Shown here piece after piece: positions 1 to 9,467 of a DNA stretch of 64,000 bases. The translations under genes and the position numbers were made by a program. Position 1 is the stretch's first letter; every line of letters begins with the position of its first letter. Below the pieces are notes generated by a model, which was not told the origin of the DNA, ran no database searches, and saw nothing but the letters and a program-made list of their open reading frames with translations. The stretch is taken from the NCBI GenBank assembly GCA_044227665.1, contig JBGAWK010000008.1, positions 7,219 to 71,218 of the forward strand. Direction: 5' to 3'. This stretch comes from Chitinophagales bacterium. Lineage in GTDB: Bacteria; Bacteroidota; Bacteroidia; Chitinophagales; JADIYW01.

Positions 1-552
1 CGTATAGAGGCCGTAACCGGAGAAGCTGCGCTTGCTTATGTAGAGCAGCAGCAAACGCTAATAAAGAGCCTGAAAGAGCTTTTGAAGCAGCCTAAGGATC
101 TTCCAAAAGCCGTGCAGCAGCTTTTGGAAGATAATGCATCCCTTAAAAAGGAATTGGAAGCAGAACAAGCCAACAAAGTAAATCAGCTTAAAAATACACT
201 TAAATCAAAAGTTGAAATATTTAAACATAATAGTCTGTTAATAAATATTTTAGATGAAGGTAATTCAGAAATAGCCAAAGATTTATGCTACATGCTGAAA
301 CAAGATTTTCCGAGTTTAATTGCAGTATTGGGATATGTAAAAGATGGCAAGCCAGGCATTACAGTAATGATAGCCGAGAATCTTATAAAAGAAAAGTCAC
401 TACATGCTGGAAATGTGGTCAAAGAATTGGCAAAACATATTCAGGGTGGCGGTGGCGGTCAGCCATTTTTTGCTACCGCAGGCGGCAATAATCCCGAGGG
501 GCTTACGGCGGCTATGGTAGCCGCCAAAACTTGGGCAGCAGGTATCTTATAG
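1..552 (+). CDS. alaS: alanine--tRNA ligase, C-terminal fragment (5' end outside window)
   Basis: Frame 1 is open from base 1 (RIEAVTGEAALAYVEQQ...), so the listed 82..552 ORF (TTG) is only the tail of a longer CDS. RIEAVTG and the C-terminal GGGGGQPFFATAGG are conserved AlaRS C-terminal motifs. Confidence 0.8.
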   Translation, partial: RIEAVTGEAALAYVEQQQTLIKSLKELLKQPKDLPKAVQQLLEDNASLKKELEAEQANKVNQLKNTLKSKVEIFKHNSLLINILDEGNSEIAKDLCYMLKQDFPSLIAVLGYVKDGKPGITVMIAENLIKEKSLHAGNVVKELAKHIQGGGGGQPFFATAGGNNPEGLTAAMVAAKTWAAGIL

Positions 553-570
553 TATTACCTGCTTTAGGCT

Positions 571-578
571 TATATTTG
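571..578 (+). promoter_or_regulatory. candidate Bacteroidota -7 promoter box (TAnnTTTG)
   Basis: TATATTTG lies 18 nt upstream of the ATG at 596, in a 43-nt intergenic gap. Confidence 0.35.
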
Positions 579-595
579 ACAATAAATTAGGGAAT

Positions 596-1372
596 ATGAA
601 AATCTCAGAGCCTAAGGTTACTCGTCTCTTTGCATTATTAGCCATAGTATTTGTAGGTAATGCGCTCTTAGCAGAATTTATTGGCGTAAAGATATTTGCC
701 TTAGAACCTACATTGGGGATAAAATCGCTAGAATGGTCACTCTTTGGGTTTAAGAGTACACTGAATTTTACTGCTGGTGTTATCATCTGGCCTATAGTAT
801 TTGTACTTACAGATATACTAAATGAGTACTATGGACATAAAGGAGTACGTTTTCTGTCCATACTTTCCGCCATATTTATTGCTTATGCATTTGGAGTCAT
901 GTATGCTGCGATAAAGGTAGTGCCGGCAGAATTTTGGGTAGGCAGCAACGTCGCCAATGGTGTTTCGGATATGCAGGCGGCATACAAGGCTATATTGGGG
1001 CAGGGACAGCGTATTATCATAGGCTCTCTTACCGCATTTCTTATAGGGCAGATGGTAGATGCCGTAGTATTCAGAAGAGTAAAAATGATTACAGGAGAGC
1101 AGCATCTATACCTGCGTGCCACAATTTCTACCTTATTTTCTCAGTGTATAGATAGCTATGTAGTATTGTATATCGCCTTCGTATATGGGCTTCCCGAAGG
1201 GCAGGCCTGGACGATGAATATGTTTTGGGCTATAGGTACAATAAATTTTGCCTACAAATTGGCGGCAGCAATAGTATTGATACCCGTCATCTATTTGGTA
1301 CATATAGCCATCGAAAAATATTTGGGTGCGGACTTGGCTTCACGCCTGAAGCAAGAGGCAATGCATGAGTAG
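596..1372 (+). CDS. yhhQ: queuosine precursor transporter (YhhQ / VUT / DUF165 family)
   Basis: 258-aa polytopic membrane protein. The GQMVDAVVF and FSQCIDSYVVLYIAF segments match my recollection of the YhhQ family. Confidence 0.65.
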   Translation: MKISEPKVTRLFALLAIVFVGNALLAEFIGVKIFALEPTLGIKSLEWSLFGFKSTLNFTAGVIIWPIVFVLTDILNEYYGHKGVRFLSILSAIFIAYAFGVMYAAIKVVPAEFWVGSNVANGVSDMQAAYKAILGQGQRIIIGSLTAFLIGQMVDAVVFRRVKMITGEQHLYLRATISTLFSQCIDSYVVLYIAFVYGLPEGQAWTMNMFWAIGTINFAYKLAAAIVLIPVIYLVHIAIEKYLGADLASRLKQEAMHE

Positions 1373-1501
1373 AATGTTTTTTTAATGCTTGTCGAAGTAG
1401 AGGGATTAGAAGCAGCAAAAGCTAATTCGAATAGCCGCACTTGAACCTACCACAAAACCATCATATACGACAAATCACTTATGCCCACTGCTTTTCTCAG
1501 T

Positions 1502-1922
1502 CTATGCAAACATTGCCATTTGTCCATTATGTACAGGTGTCATCTCGTTAATGAAGCTGTCCCACAAACTAAGTGTCAAGTTGAATTTATATTTTTCGTT
1601 AAGCGTATCAAGTTTTGTTTGCAAGACGGACTTGTCAGTTTGTTTTGCTAATTCTAAAAGATGTAATCTCTTTCAGATTTTCTTTTAAGAAATCTAAAAC
1701 TTGATGCGTAATATTTGCATCAAATACTTTAATCACTTCTTGTTATATTTTCAATGGTGTTCATGATTCGCTTCGCTTAATTCATCATTGAGGTTTGTTA
1801 TAGCTAATAATCTTGGTAATTCCTTTTACTTCAATTATGTTTAGTGCCTTTGAAAGCGCAAGATGATTACAGAAAATTTGGGCTTCTTTTAATAAGGTTT
1901 CTGTCGTTAATATTTTCTTCAT
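1502..1922 (-). pseudogene. decayed ORF remnants (three open segments in different frames), family unknown
   Basis: Minus strand reads MKKILTTETLLKEAQIFCNHLALSKALNIIEVKGITKIISYNKPQ*, then QEVIKVFDANITHQVLDFLKENLKEITSFRISKTN*, then KRLHLLELAKQTDKSVLQTKLDTLNEKYKFNLTLSLWDSFINEMTPVHNGQMAMFA*. The region 1373..2132 has no intact ORF of 60 aa or more. Confidence 0.25.
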
Positions 1923-2107
1923 TCTTGTCTTACAATAGATGTCGCTAAGTTACGGTTCTTAGAGGCTAAAATTGTCCTATTAAGGGGTCAAATTTTATTG
2001 TCCAGCTTTAATTTTCGTTTGTTGCACGGTTGTCATAGTATTGGACATGGCAAATATGTTAATAAATTTTTTACAGTAAAATATATAAAGATACTTTTGT
2101 CCTTTAT

Positions 2108-2115
2108 TATATTTG
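2108..2115 (+). promoter_or_regulatory. candidate -7 promoter box (TAnnTTTG) for the Rrf2-cbb3 cluster
   Basis: TATATTTG ends 17 nt upstream of the ATG at 2133. Confidence 0.35.
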
Positions 2116-2132
2116 CATTCGTAAAAATTAAT

Positions 2133-2588
2133 ATGTTTTCTAAGTCCTGTGAATATGCTCTTAAAGCCATGATTTATGTGGGCAAGAACACGAATGAGAT
2201 AAGAAAGGCAGGCGTAAAAGAAATAGCTCACGCCATAGATTCACCGGAGTCCTTCGTAGCAAAAATCCTTCAGCAGCTTACAAGAAATAAATTTGTGCTA
2301 TCTTCCAAAGGCCCTAATGGGGGCTTTTATATGACCGAAAGGGAATTGCGTACCAAGTTATTGGATATCATATATGTGGTAGATGGAGAAGGAATAAGCT
2401 TAGATTGTGTCTTAGGTTTAAAAAAATGTTCTGAAATGAATCCCTGTCCCGTACATCATGAATATAAGCAAATAAAAAAACAATTATTACAAATGCTCGA
2501 AATGAGCATCAAAGACTTTAATGACAGAATAGATACGGGTCATTATTTTCTAAAAAATATAAATCACAATAAAATTGCTATTGTATGA
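2133..2588 (+). CDS. Rrf2 family transcriptional regulator (putative Fe-S binding)
   Basis: MFSKSCEYALKAMIYVG is the typical Rrf2 N-terminus. A wHTH follows, and the C-terminal half carries three Cys (CVLGLKKCSEMNPC). The track ORF start at 1998 is an unlikely N-terminal extension, so ATG 2133 is chosen. Confidence 0.85.
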   Translation: MFSKSCEYALKAMIYVGKNTNEIRKAGVKEIAHAIDSPESFVAKILQQLTRNKFVLSSKGPNGGFYMTERELRTKLLDIIYVVDGEGISLDCVLGLKKCSEMNPCPVHHEYKQIKKQLLQMLEMSIKDFNDRIDTGHYFLKNINHNKIAIV

Positions 2589-3025
2589 TAAAATTCAGTA
2601 AAATCTTATGTCCTGTTGACTTCTCAGAAAGTGCAGACAATGCTATTGCTTATGCAGTAAAAATGGCGGATGAAGATACCGTGGTGGAATTACTTTCTAT
2701 CATAGAAACACCATATACTACGGATCCTATGGGCTATGCTAATTACTATCTCAATGTGGATGAGATAAAAGCAGCTATGGACGTGAAAATGCAAGAAAAA
2801 ATTGAAGCATTGCAAGAAAAATATCCTAAATATCATTTTAATGCAGCCATTGACATGGGTTTAGACCCTGCCAAGTCTATTTTGGATACTATCTCACAGC
2901 ACAATTGTGACCTCGTCGTGATGGGTTCCCACGGACGTAAAGGACTCAGCAGAATACTTATGGGCAGCGTTGCAGAGTCCGTAATGCGCGAAGCACCATG
3001 TCCGGTATTAGTAATCAAAAAGTAA
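2585..3025 (+). CDS. universal stress protein (UspA family)
   Basis: 146 aa with VVMGSHGRKGLSRILMGSVAESVMREAPCPVLVIK, the Usp ATP-binding C-terminal motif. It overlaps the Rrf2 stop by 4 nt. Confidence 0.85.
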   Translation: MIKFSKILCPVDFSESADNAIAYAVKMADEDTVVELLSIIETPYTTDPMGYANYYLNVDEIKAAMDVKMQEKIEALQEKYPKYHFNAAIDMGLDPAKSILDTISQHNCDLVVMGSHGRKGLSRILMGSVAESVMREAPCPVLVIKK

Positions 3026-5449
3026 ATGCTTAAAAGAGAAGTAAATATAAATGTGAATACCTTATGCTATCACTGTGGTGATAGCTGTGAGGGCAGTAAA
3101 GTAACTTATGAAGATAAGATGTTTTGCTGTTCTGGGTGTAAGACAGTATATGAACTTTTGAAAGACAATAATCTTTGTGACTATTATGCAATCACAAATA
3201 ACCCCGGCATTTCACAGCGCGAGATTCTCGCTAAAGAGAAATTTTTGTTCTTAGATAATGAGGAGTTAGCGCAGCAAGTAATATGTTTTAGTCATGAAGA
3301 TGAAACCCACGCTACCTTTTATCTTCCACAGGTGCATTGCAGTTCCTGCCTGTGGTTGCTAGAAAATCTGTATAAGCTCAATTCCTCTGTCCGTTTCAGC
3401 AGAGTGAACTTTACAGCTAAAGAGATATTGATAGCCTACGATAACAAAAAGATGAATGTTAGGAAAGCAGCAGAATTACTGACATCTATAGGTTATGAGC
3501 CATACTTTAATTTTAATGACGCAAATAAAAGTGTTAATCCTGCCAAGGATAATACGAAAATTCTTAAAATAGGCATTGCAGGATTCTGTTTTGCCAATAT
3601 TATGATGATGAGCCTCCCAGAATATTTTTCCTTTGGAAGAAATTTGGAAGCCATAATAGCGAATACGCTGAAATATATTTCTTTAGGGCTATCTATTCCT
3701 GTATTGTTCTACTGCGCCACAGAATTTTTTGTGTCGGCATACTATGGGCTTAGAAATAAAATACTAAATATAGATTTGCCCGTTTCTCTGGCATTAGCGG
3801 TAACATTTGTTCGAAGTCTATATGATATTTTCGTACTGCAAGGTACTGGATACATGGATAGCATGTCAGGAATAGTATTCTTTATGCTCATAGGTAGGTG
3901 GATGCAAGAGAAAACCTATAAGACCATCTCTTTCGATAGAGATTATAAGTCTTTTTTTCCTATCGCCGTCAATGTGATAAAAAATGATCAAATCTGTAGT
4001 ACGCCTATAGATAAGATTAAAAAGAATGACATCATACAGATACATCATAACGAGATAGTGCCCGTAGATAGTATCTTACTAAGAGGTAATGCCAATATAG
4101 ACTATAGTTTTGTAAATGGCGAAAGCATACCTGTATATATAGAAAAAGGGCAAGTCGTATATGCTGGAGCAAAACAACTCAATGGTATCATAGAATTAGC
4201 CGTACTCAAAGAAGTATCACAAAGCTACCTTACTTCATTATGGAATCACGATGCTTTCAGAAAGGACGAGAAAAAGAAAGTAACAGAATTTGATATCATC
4301 GCTAAATATTTTACGTATGTAGTCCTTACTATTGCCGCTATAGCCTTAGGCTATTGGTATGATAAAGGACTTCCTACCTTGGGATGGAATGCCATGACTA
4401 CGATACTCATAGTGGCATGTCCCTGTGCATTGCTACTTACTACAAATTTTACCAATGGCAATATTCTTAGAGTTTTGGGGCTGAATAAGTTTTATTTGAG
4501 AAATGCAGAAGTATTATCAGCATTACAAAAGATAGATCACATCGTCTTCGACAAAACAGGCACACTTACAGAGCATAGGAAGATGAATGTAAGCTATGAA
4601 GGTAAGACGATGACGGATGAAGATAAAAAAGTATTGGCTACAGTCCTAGCTCAATCTACACATCCTCTAAGTATTGCTATATGTGACTATCTAAATAGTA
4701 AAGAATTGTACGTATGTGAAAATTTCAAAGAGGTTTCCGGTAATGGTATAGAAGCATGGCTGCAGGATATGCATATCAAAATAGGGTCTGCAAAATATCT
4801 AGGGATAGAATCTTCAAATATAATGACACAAGTGTATATGTCTATAGATAATCAAATTATAGGAAAATTCAACTTCTCTAATGTATATAGACTCGGTATC
4901 TTTTCATTGGTAAAAACTTTGAAAAGGCATTTCGACATATCCGTAATTTCTGGGGATAATGATGGAGAGAAAGAGAATCTATCTAAGATTATTGACAATC
5001 CACAACAACTTATGTTTTATCAGTCTCCAGAAGATAAAATCAATTATATACATCATCTACAGCAAAAATACCATAAGGTAATGATGATAGGGGATGGGCT
5101 CAATGATGCAGGGGCACTCAAAGTGAGCGATGTGGGTATCTCTATATCTGATAATGTCAATAATTTTTCACCTTCGTGTGACGGTATTATTGATGCTTCT
5201 CAACTGAAAAAGATGGATATTTTTATGAAATATATTACGACAGGAAAATATATCATTTATACCACATTTATAGTTTCAATAATCTATAATTTGATAGGAA
5301 TATACTATGCAGTACATGGGACACTGTCGCCAGTAATAGCTGCGATACTCATGCCCTCTAGTACTATTACTATATTAATGCTTACTTTTGGAATGACGCA
5401 GCTATTTGCCAAAAAATATAAATTATTAACAGCACTTAAAACTAATTAA
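3026..5449 (+). CDS. ccoI: heavy-metal (copper) translocating P-type ATPase, CcoI/FixI-like
   Basis: Carries the CPC motif (VACPCALL), DKTGTLT phosphorylation site and GDGLNDAGAL hinge. The N-terminus has a Cys-rich metal-binding region (CYHCGDSC...CCSGCKTVYELL). Its position in the cbb3 maturation cluster supports the call. Confidence 0.85.
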   Translation: MLKREVNINVNTLCYHCGDSCEGSKVTYEDKMFCCSGCKTVYELLKDNNLCDYYAITNNPGISQREILAKEKFLFLDNEELAQQVICFSHEDETHATFYLPQVHCSSCLWLLENLYKLNSSVRFSRVNFTAKEILIAYDNKKMNVRKAAELLTSIGYEPYFNFNDANKSVNPAKDNTKILKIGIAGFCFANIMMMSLPEYFSFGRNLEAIIANTLKYISLGLSIPVLFYCATEFFVSAYYGLRNKILNIDLPVSLALAVTFVRSLYDIFVLQGTGYMDSMSGIVFFMLIGRWMQEKTYKTISFDRDYKSFFPIAVNVIKNDQICSTPIDKIKKNDIIQIHHNEIVPVDSILLRGNANIDYSFVNGESIPVYIEKGQVVYAGAKQLNGIIELAVLKEVSQSYLTSLWNHDAFRKDEKKKVTEFDIIAKYFTYVVLTIAAIALGYWYDKGLPTLGWNAMTTILIVACPCALLLTTNFTNGNILRVLGLNKFYLRNAEVLSALQKIDHIVFDKTGTLTEHRKMNVSYEGKTMTDEDKKVLATVLAQSTHPLSIAICDYLNSKELYVCENFKEVSGNGIEAWLQDMHIKIGSAKYLGIESSNIMTQVYMSIDNQIIGKFNFSNVYRLGIFSLVKTLKRHFDISVISGDNDGEKENLSKIIDNPQQLMFYQSPEDKINYIHHLQQKYHKVMMIGDGLNDAGALKVSDVGISISDNVNNFSPSCDGIIDASQLKKMDIFMKYITTGKYIIYTTFIVSIIYNLIGIYYAVHGTLSPVIAAILMPSSTITILMLTFGMTQLFAKKYKLLTALKTN

Positions 5450-5451
5450 AA

Positions 5452-5868
5452 ATGAAAAAAAGAGAACCAGTGAGTCACATCATGACTAAGAATGTAAAGG
5501 CTTTGAACGTAACAGATTCATTACATGAAGTAATGAATTTAGTAAAATCTGAGCACGTAAGACACATCCCTATTGTAAGTGGTAAAAAAGTTGTAGGTAT
5601 TGTTACCAGCAATGATCTGAACAGATTGACTGTCGGAGACTTATTTGACAACCAAGGTGGCAACGATGCATTCTTGGATATGCTGTCCATAGAGAGATTG
5701 ATGCACGCCAATCCTGTGACAATCAGCGATGACACTACCATACGCGAAGTGGCAGAAGTATTTGCCAACTCCAACTTTCACGCATTACCAGTAGTAAATG
5801 CTGAAGATGAGTTAGTAGGCATTGTCTCTACGACAGATGTATTAAAATATATGTTGGAACAATATTAA
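5452..5868 (+). CDS. CBS domain-containing protein
   Basis: 138 aa with a tandem CBS pair pattern (HIPIVSGKKVVGIVTSNDL ... ALPVVNAEDELVGIVSTTDV). Confidence 0.8.
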   Translation: MKKREPVSHIMTKNVKALNVTDSLHEVMNLVKSEHVRHIPIVSGKKVVGIVTSNDLNRLTVGDLFDNQGGNDAFLDMLSIERLMHANPVTISDDTTIREVAEVFANSNFHALPVVNAEDELVGIVSTTDVLKYMLEQY

Positions 5869-5876
5869 ATTTATTT

Positions 5877-6026
5877 ATGTCTGTAATTATAATATTACTA
5901 ATAGTCAGTTTATGCATATCTGGGGGCTTTTTGATTGCCTATATCTGGAGTGTAAAAGATGGACAATTTGATGATGATTACAGTCCTGCAAGAAGAATTT
6001 TATTCGATGATCATAAAAAAGAATAA
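5877..6026 (+). CDS. ccoS: cbb3-type cytochrome oxidase maturation protein CcoS (49 aa; not in ORF track)
   Basis: My own translation gives MSVIIILLIVSLCISGGFLIAYIWSVKDGQFDDDYSPARRILFDD... It has one TM helix followed by the conserved W-x-x-K-x-GQ(F/Y)DD motif, and the stop lies 2 nt before ccoNO. Confidence 0.85.
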   Translation: MSVIIILLIVSLCISGGFLIAYIWSVKDGQFDDDYSPARRILFDDHKKE

Positions 6027-6028
6027 TT

Positions 6029-8164
6029 ATGGAAAAATTTCAGTATGACAACCGCTTACCTAAGATGTTCGCTACCGCCACCATGCTGTGGGGGGTAGTA
6101 GGTATGCTAGTGGGGGTAATAATAGCTTTTCAGCTCGCTCTCCCTGGTCTCAACTTAACAGAACTATCCCCATTTACTACCTTTGGTAGATTACGCCCAG
6201 TACACACGAACGCCGTAATATTTGCATTCGTCGGCAATGGTATTTTTACAGCAGTGTATTATTCATTGCCTAGATTGCTCAAGACTTCTATGTGGAATAA
6301 GACCTTGGGCAACCTACATTTTTGGTTATGGCAAACCATCATTGTCCTTGCTGCGGTGACACTCATAGCGGGTATCACTACTTCCAAAGAGTATGCAGAG
6401 TTGGAGTGGCCTATAGATATTTTGATAACTATTACATGGGTAATCTTTGGTATAAATATGTTTGGCACTATCCTTACGCGTAGAGAAAGACACATGTATG
6501 TAGCTATTTGGTTCTTTATAGCTTCATGGGTAACTGTGGCTATGCTCCATATTGTGAACTCGCTAGCATTGCCAGTATCCTTATTCAAGAGTTACTCTCT
6601 ATATGCAGGGGTGCAAGATGCCTTAGTACAATGGTGGTATGGTCATAATGCGGTAGCATTCTTCCTCACCACACCGTATTTGGGCTTGATGTATTATTTT
6701 ATGCCCAAAGCAGCAGATCGCCCCGTATTCTCGTACAGATTGAGTATTGTACACTTTTGGAGTTTAATATTCTTATATATCTGGGCAGGCCCACACCATT
6801 TGCTATATACAGCATTACCAGATTGGGCACAGTCATTAGGAACAGTATTCTCTATTATGCTGATATTACCAAGTTGGGGCGGAATGCTCAATGGGTTATT
6901 TACACTCAGAGGTGCTTGGGATAAGGTACGCGAAGACCCTATCCTCAAATTCTTTGTAGTGGGGGTAACATGCTACGGTATGAGTACCTTTGAAGGTCCT
7001 ATGTTGTCTCTAAAAAATGTGAACGCAATATCACATTATAGCGACTGGACAGTAGCTCACGTACATATTGGCGCACTGGGATGGAATGGTTTCTTGACGT
7101 TTGGGATGCTTTACTGGTTGTTCCCAAGGCTATACAAAACACAGATTTTTTCTAAAAAATTAGTGGCTGCTCACTTTTGGATAGGCACTTTAGGTATTAT
7201 CCTCTATGCTATACCTATGTATTGGAGTGCCTTCAAAACATACTTTATGATGACAGCCTTCACTCCTGAAGGTCAGTTGCAATATCAATTTGTGGATGCG
7301 ATGGTTACTGCTAAGCCATTCTATCTCCTAAGAGCTTTGGGTGGTACTATTTACTTAGGAGGTGTATTATTGATGGTTTATAATCTTATAAAAACTGTAA
7401 AGTCAGGAACTTTTGTAGAGACAGAATATAGTGAAGCTCCTGCTTTAACCAAAAATTACACGGCACCCCAAGGAACATTTTGGCATAGTATATTTGAAAG
7501 AAAGCCCATAATTATGTTAGTACTGAGTTTGATAGTTGTAGCAATGGGCGGCATATTTGAACTAATACCTACCTTCCTTATCAAAAAGAATGTTCCTACC
7601 ATCGCTAGTGTAAAACCATATACGCCATTAGAGCTGCAAGGTAGGGACATATATATAAGAGAAGGATGTTACAATTGTCATTCACAGATGGTACGTCCTT
7701 TCCGCTACGAAGTGGAAAGATATGGCGGGGCTTCTAAGCAATATTCCAAAGCCGGAGAATTCGTTTACGACCATCCCTTCCAGTGGGGAAGCAAGCGTAC
7801 AGGCCCGGATTTGGCTAGAGTGGGCGGCAAGTATGGCGACAGTTGGCATTTCAATCACATGATGGAACCTTCGGCTATAACGCCCGGATCTATTATGCCT
7901 GCATATCCATTCATGTTTGAAAAAGATATAGATAAGGCTTCTACCAATTCTAAGATTCATGTCATGAGAAAGCTAGGGGTGCCATATCCTGATAATTATG
8001 AATCTATAGCGGTACAAGATTTAGAAAAGCAAGCTAAGAAGATAGCAGACAATTTGGCATCACAAAGCAATATCAAAATTAGTAGTGACAAAGAAATTAT
8101 TGCGCTTATTGCTTACTTACAGCGACTAGGTAAAGATATAGAATTAGAAAACAAACAACAATAA
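6029..8164 (+). CDS. ccoN: cbb3-type cytochrome c oxidase, fused subunits I and II (CcoN-CcoO)
   Basis: 711 aa. The N-terminal part is a 12-TM heme-copper oxidase core (HVHIGALGW, WYGHNAV). The C-terminal part is a CcoO-like monoheme domain with CYNCHSQMVRPF. Confidence 0.9.
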   Translation: MEKFQYDNRLPKMFATATMLWGVVGMLVGVIIAFQLALPGLNLTELSPFTTFGRLRPVHTNAVIFAFVGNGIFTAVYYSLPRLLKTSMWNKTLGNLHFWLWQTIIVLAAVTLIAGITTSKEYAELEWPIDILITITWVIFGINMFGTILTRRERHMYVAIWFFIASWVTVAMLHIVNSLALPVSLFKSYSLYAGVQDALVQWWYGHNAVAFFLTTPYLGLMYYFMPKAADRPVFSYRLSIVHFWSLIFLYIWAGPHHLLYTALPDWAQSLGTVFSIMLILPSWGGMLNGLFTLRGAWDKVREDPILKFFVVGVTCYGMSTFEGPMLSLKNVNAISHYSDWTVAHVHIGALGWNGFLTFGMLYWLFPRLYKTQIFSKKLVAAHFWIGTLGIILYAIPMYWSAFKTYFMMTAFTPEGQLQYQFVDAMVTAKPFYLLRALGGTIYLGGVLLMVYNLIKTVKSGTFVETEYSEAPALTKNYTAPQGTFWHSIFERKPIIMLVLSLIVVAMGGIFELIPTFLIKKNVPTIASVKPYTPLELQGRDIYIREGCYNCHSQMVRPFRYEVERYGGASKQYSKAGEFVYDHPFQWGSKRTGPDLARVGGKYGDSWHFNHMMEPSAITPGSIMPAYPFMFEKDIDKASTNSKIHVMRKLGVPYPDNYESIAVQDLEKQAKKIADNLASQSNIKISSDKEIIALIAYLQRLGKDIELENKQQ

Positions 8165-8165
8165 C

Positions 8166-8330
8166 ATGAAGTTCACAAATTATTTTAAGGATATAGCTGG
8201 AATAGAATTATTCCCTTGTATTTCATTGCTTTTGTTTGTCGTTTTTTTCTTATTGGTAACTTATAGAATCTTTAAGATTAATAAAAAGACATTGGAGCAC
8301 GTAGAGAGGCTTCCTTTAGATGATAATTAA
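8166..8330 (+). CDS. ccoQ: CcoQ/FixQ-like small membrane subunit (54 aa; not in ORF track)
   Basis: My own translation gives MKFTNYFKDIAGIELFPCISLLLFVVFFLLVTYRIFKINKKTLEHVERLPLDDN. It is a single-TM protein in the canonical position between ccoNO and ccoP. Confidence 0.65.
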   Translation: MKFTNYFKDIAGIELFPCISLLLFVVFFLLVTYRIFKINKKTLEHVERLPLDDN

Positions 8331-8355
8331 TTCTTTCAAAACAAAAATTTTAATC

Positions 8356-9459
8356 ATGAAGAATATAAAATATTTTAGAAGCATACTCACACTTGCTATG
8401 TTGTGTATGATTTCGATAGCTTTTGGTCAAGATGCAGCTCCTGGGGCAGCAGCTCCTGCCCCCAAGGTTAGCCTCCTTGCAGATGTAAATTTTATACTTA
8501 CGGTAGTAGCTATTGTTCTTGTAGGGGTCATATACCTATTGGCACAAACCACTTTTTGGACTACTACAATACAGTTAGAAAAATTTAAAGATAAGTCCAA
8601 AGCTGCTTTGATATTGCTATTGGTAGGTGCTGGAATGTCACCACTTATGAGCATGGCTCAGGATGCCGCAGCCCCAATATCTACAGAGGTAGTGGCAAGT
8701 CCGGGTGTACTCACTTATGTGTTGTTGTCGGTAGTTGCTGTAGAGATAATGGTAATTATGTTTTTATCTAAGAATATAATAGGTATGTTAGCAAAGACAG
8801 TTGCAACTACAGGTGCTCCTGCTGCTGCCTCTACCTCTACTTCTGGATTAGCGGCACTATGGGAAAAATTGAATGACTTCAAGCCTATAGAGAGAGAAGC
8901 AGAATTAGAGACAGGACACGATTATGACGGTATCCGCGAATTGGACAATAATATACCATCATGGTTTACGGCAGCATTCATAGCCTCTATCATATTTGCC
9001 GTAATATATTTGTGGAGATATCACGTATCGCAATCTGCACCGTTACAAATTGAAGAATATACCATTGCAATGGAGAAAGCAGAAATAGAGAAAGAAGCAT
9101 TCTTGAAAACTCAAGGAAGTTCTGTAGATGAAAATACTGTAACGCTGCTAGGAGATGCAGATATAGCTAAAGGTAAAGAAATATTTACTGCCAAGTGTAC
9201 CTCTTGTCACGGTGTCGAAGGCAACAGTATGCCTAATGGTGTAGGCCCAAATCTTTCTGACGACTACTGGATACACGGTAATGATATAAAAGATATTTTC
9301 AAGACAGTAAAATATGGTTATGTAGAAAAAGGTATGCTTTCTTGGAAAGATAACTTATCAGCAACGCAAATAGCACAAGTTTCTAGTTTCGTAAAATCTA
9401 TAGATGGCAAAAATTTACCGGGAGGTAAAGAACCTCAGGGTGAGAAAGTTGCTAAATAA
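8356..9459 (+). CDS. ccoP: cbb3 oxidase subunit III (CcoP), monoheme, with extended N-terminal membrane region
   Basis: Contains the conserved GHDYDGIRELDNNIPSWF CcoP N-terminal motif and a single CxxCH (CTSCHG). Start is set at ATG 8356 (MKNIKYF, signal-like). Confidence 0.8.
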   Translation: MKNIKYFRSILTLAMLCMISIAFGQDAAPGAAAPAPKVSLLADVNFILTVVAIVLVGVIYLLAQTTFWTTTIQLEKFKDKSKAALILLLVGAGMSPLMSMAQDAAAPISTEVVASPGVLTYVLLSVVAVEIMVIMFLSKNIIGMLAKTVATTGAPAAASTSTSGLAALWEKLNDFKPIEREAELETGHDYDGIRELDNNIPSWFTAAFIASIIFAVIYLWRYHVSQSAPLQIEEYTIAMEKAEIEKEAFLKTQGSSVDENTVTLLGDADIAKGKEIFTAKCTSCHGVEGNSMPNGVGPNLSDDYWIHGNDIKDIFKTVKYGYVEKGMLSWKDNLSATQIAQVSSFVKSIDGKNLPGGKEPQGEKVAK

Positions 9460-9467
9460 ATATTTAT

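Noticed and set aside
553-595. An expected preQ1 riboswitch upstream of the YhhQ-like queuosine-precursor transporter.
   Set aside because: The intergenic gap is only 43 nt and is largely taken up by a promoter-like TATATTTG box. No preQ1-type stem-loop with an A-rich tail is visible.
1998-2132. N-terminal extensions suggested by the ORF track. These are 1998 for Rrf2, 36917 for lpxB, 25230 for folA, 60229 for the DUF422 gene, 61583 for the crtD-like gene, 8320 for ccoP and 37916 for the antitoxin.
   Set aside because: In each case the conserved family N-terminus begins at an internal ATG or TTG. The extension either overlaps the upstream gene or promoter box, or is compositionally non-coding.
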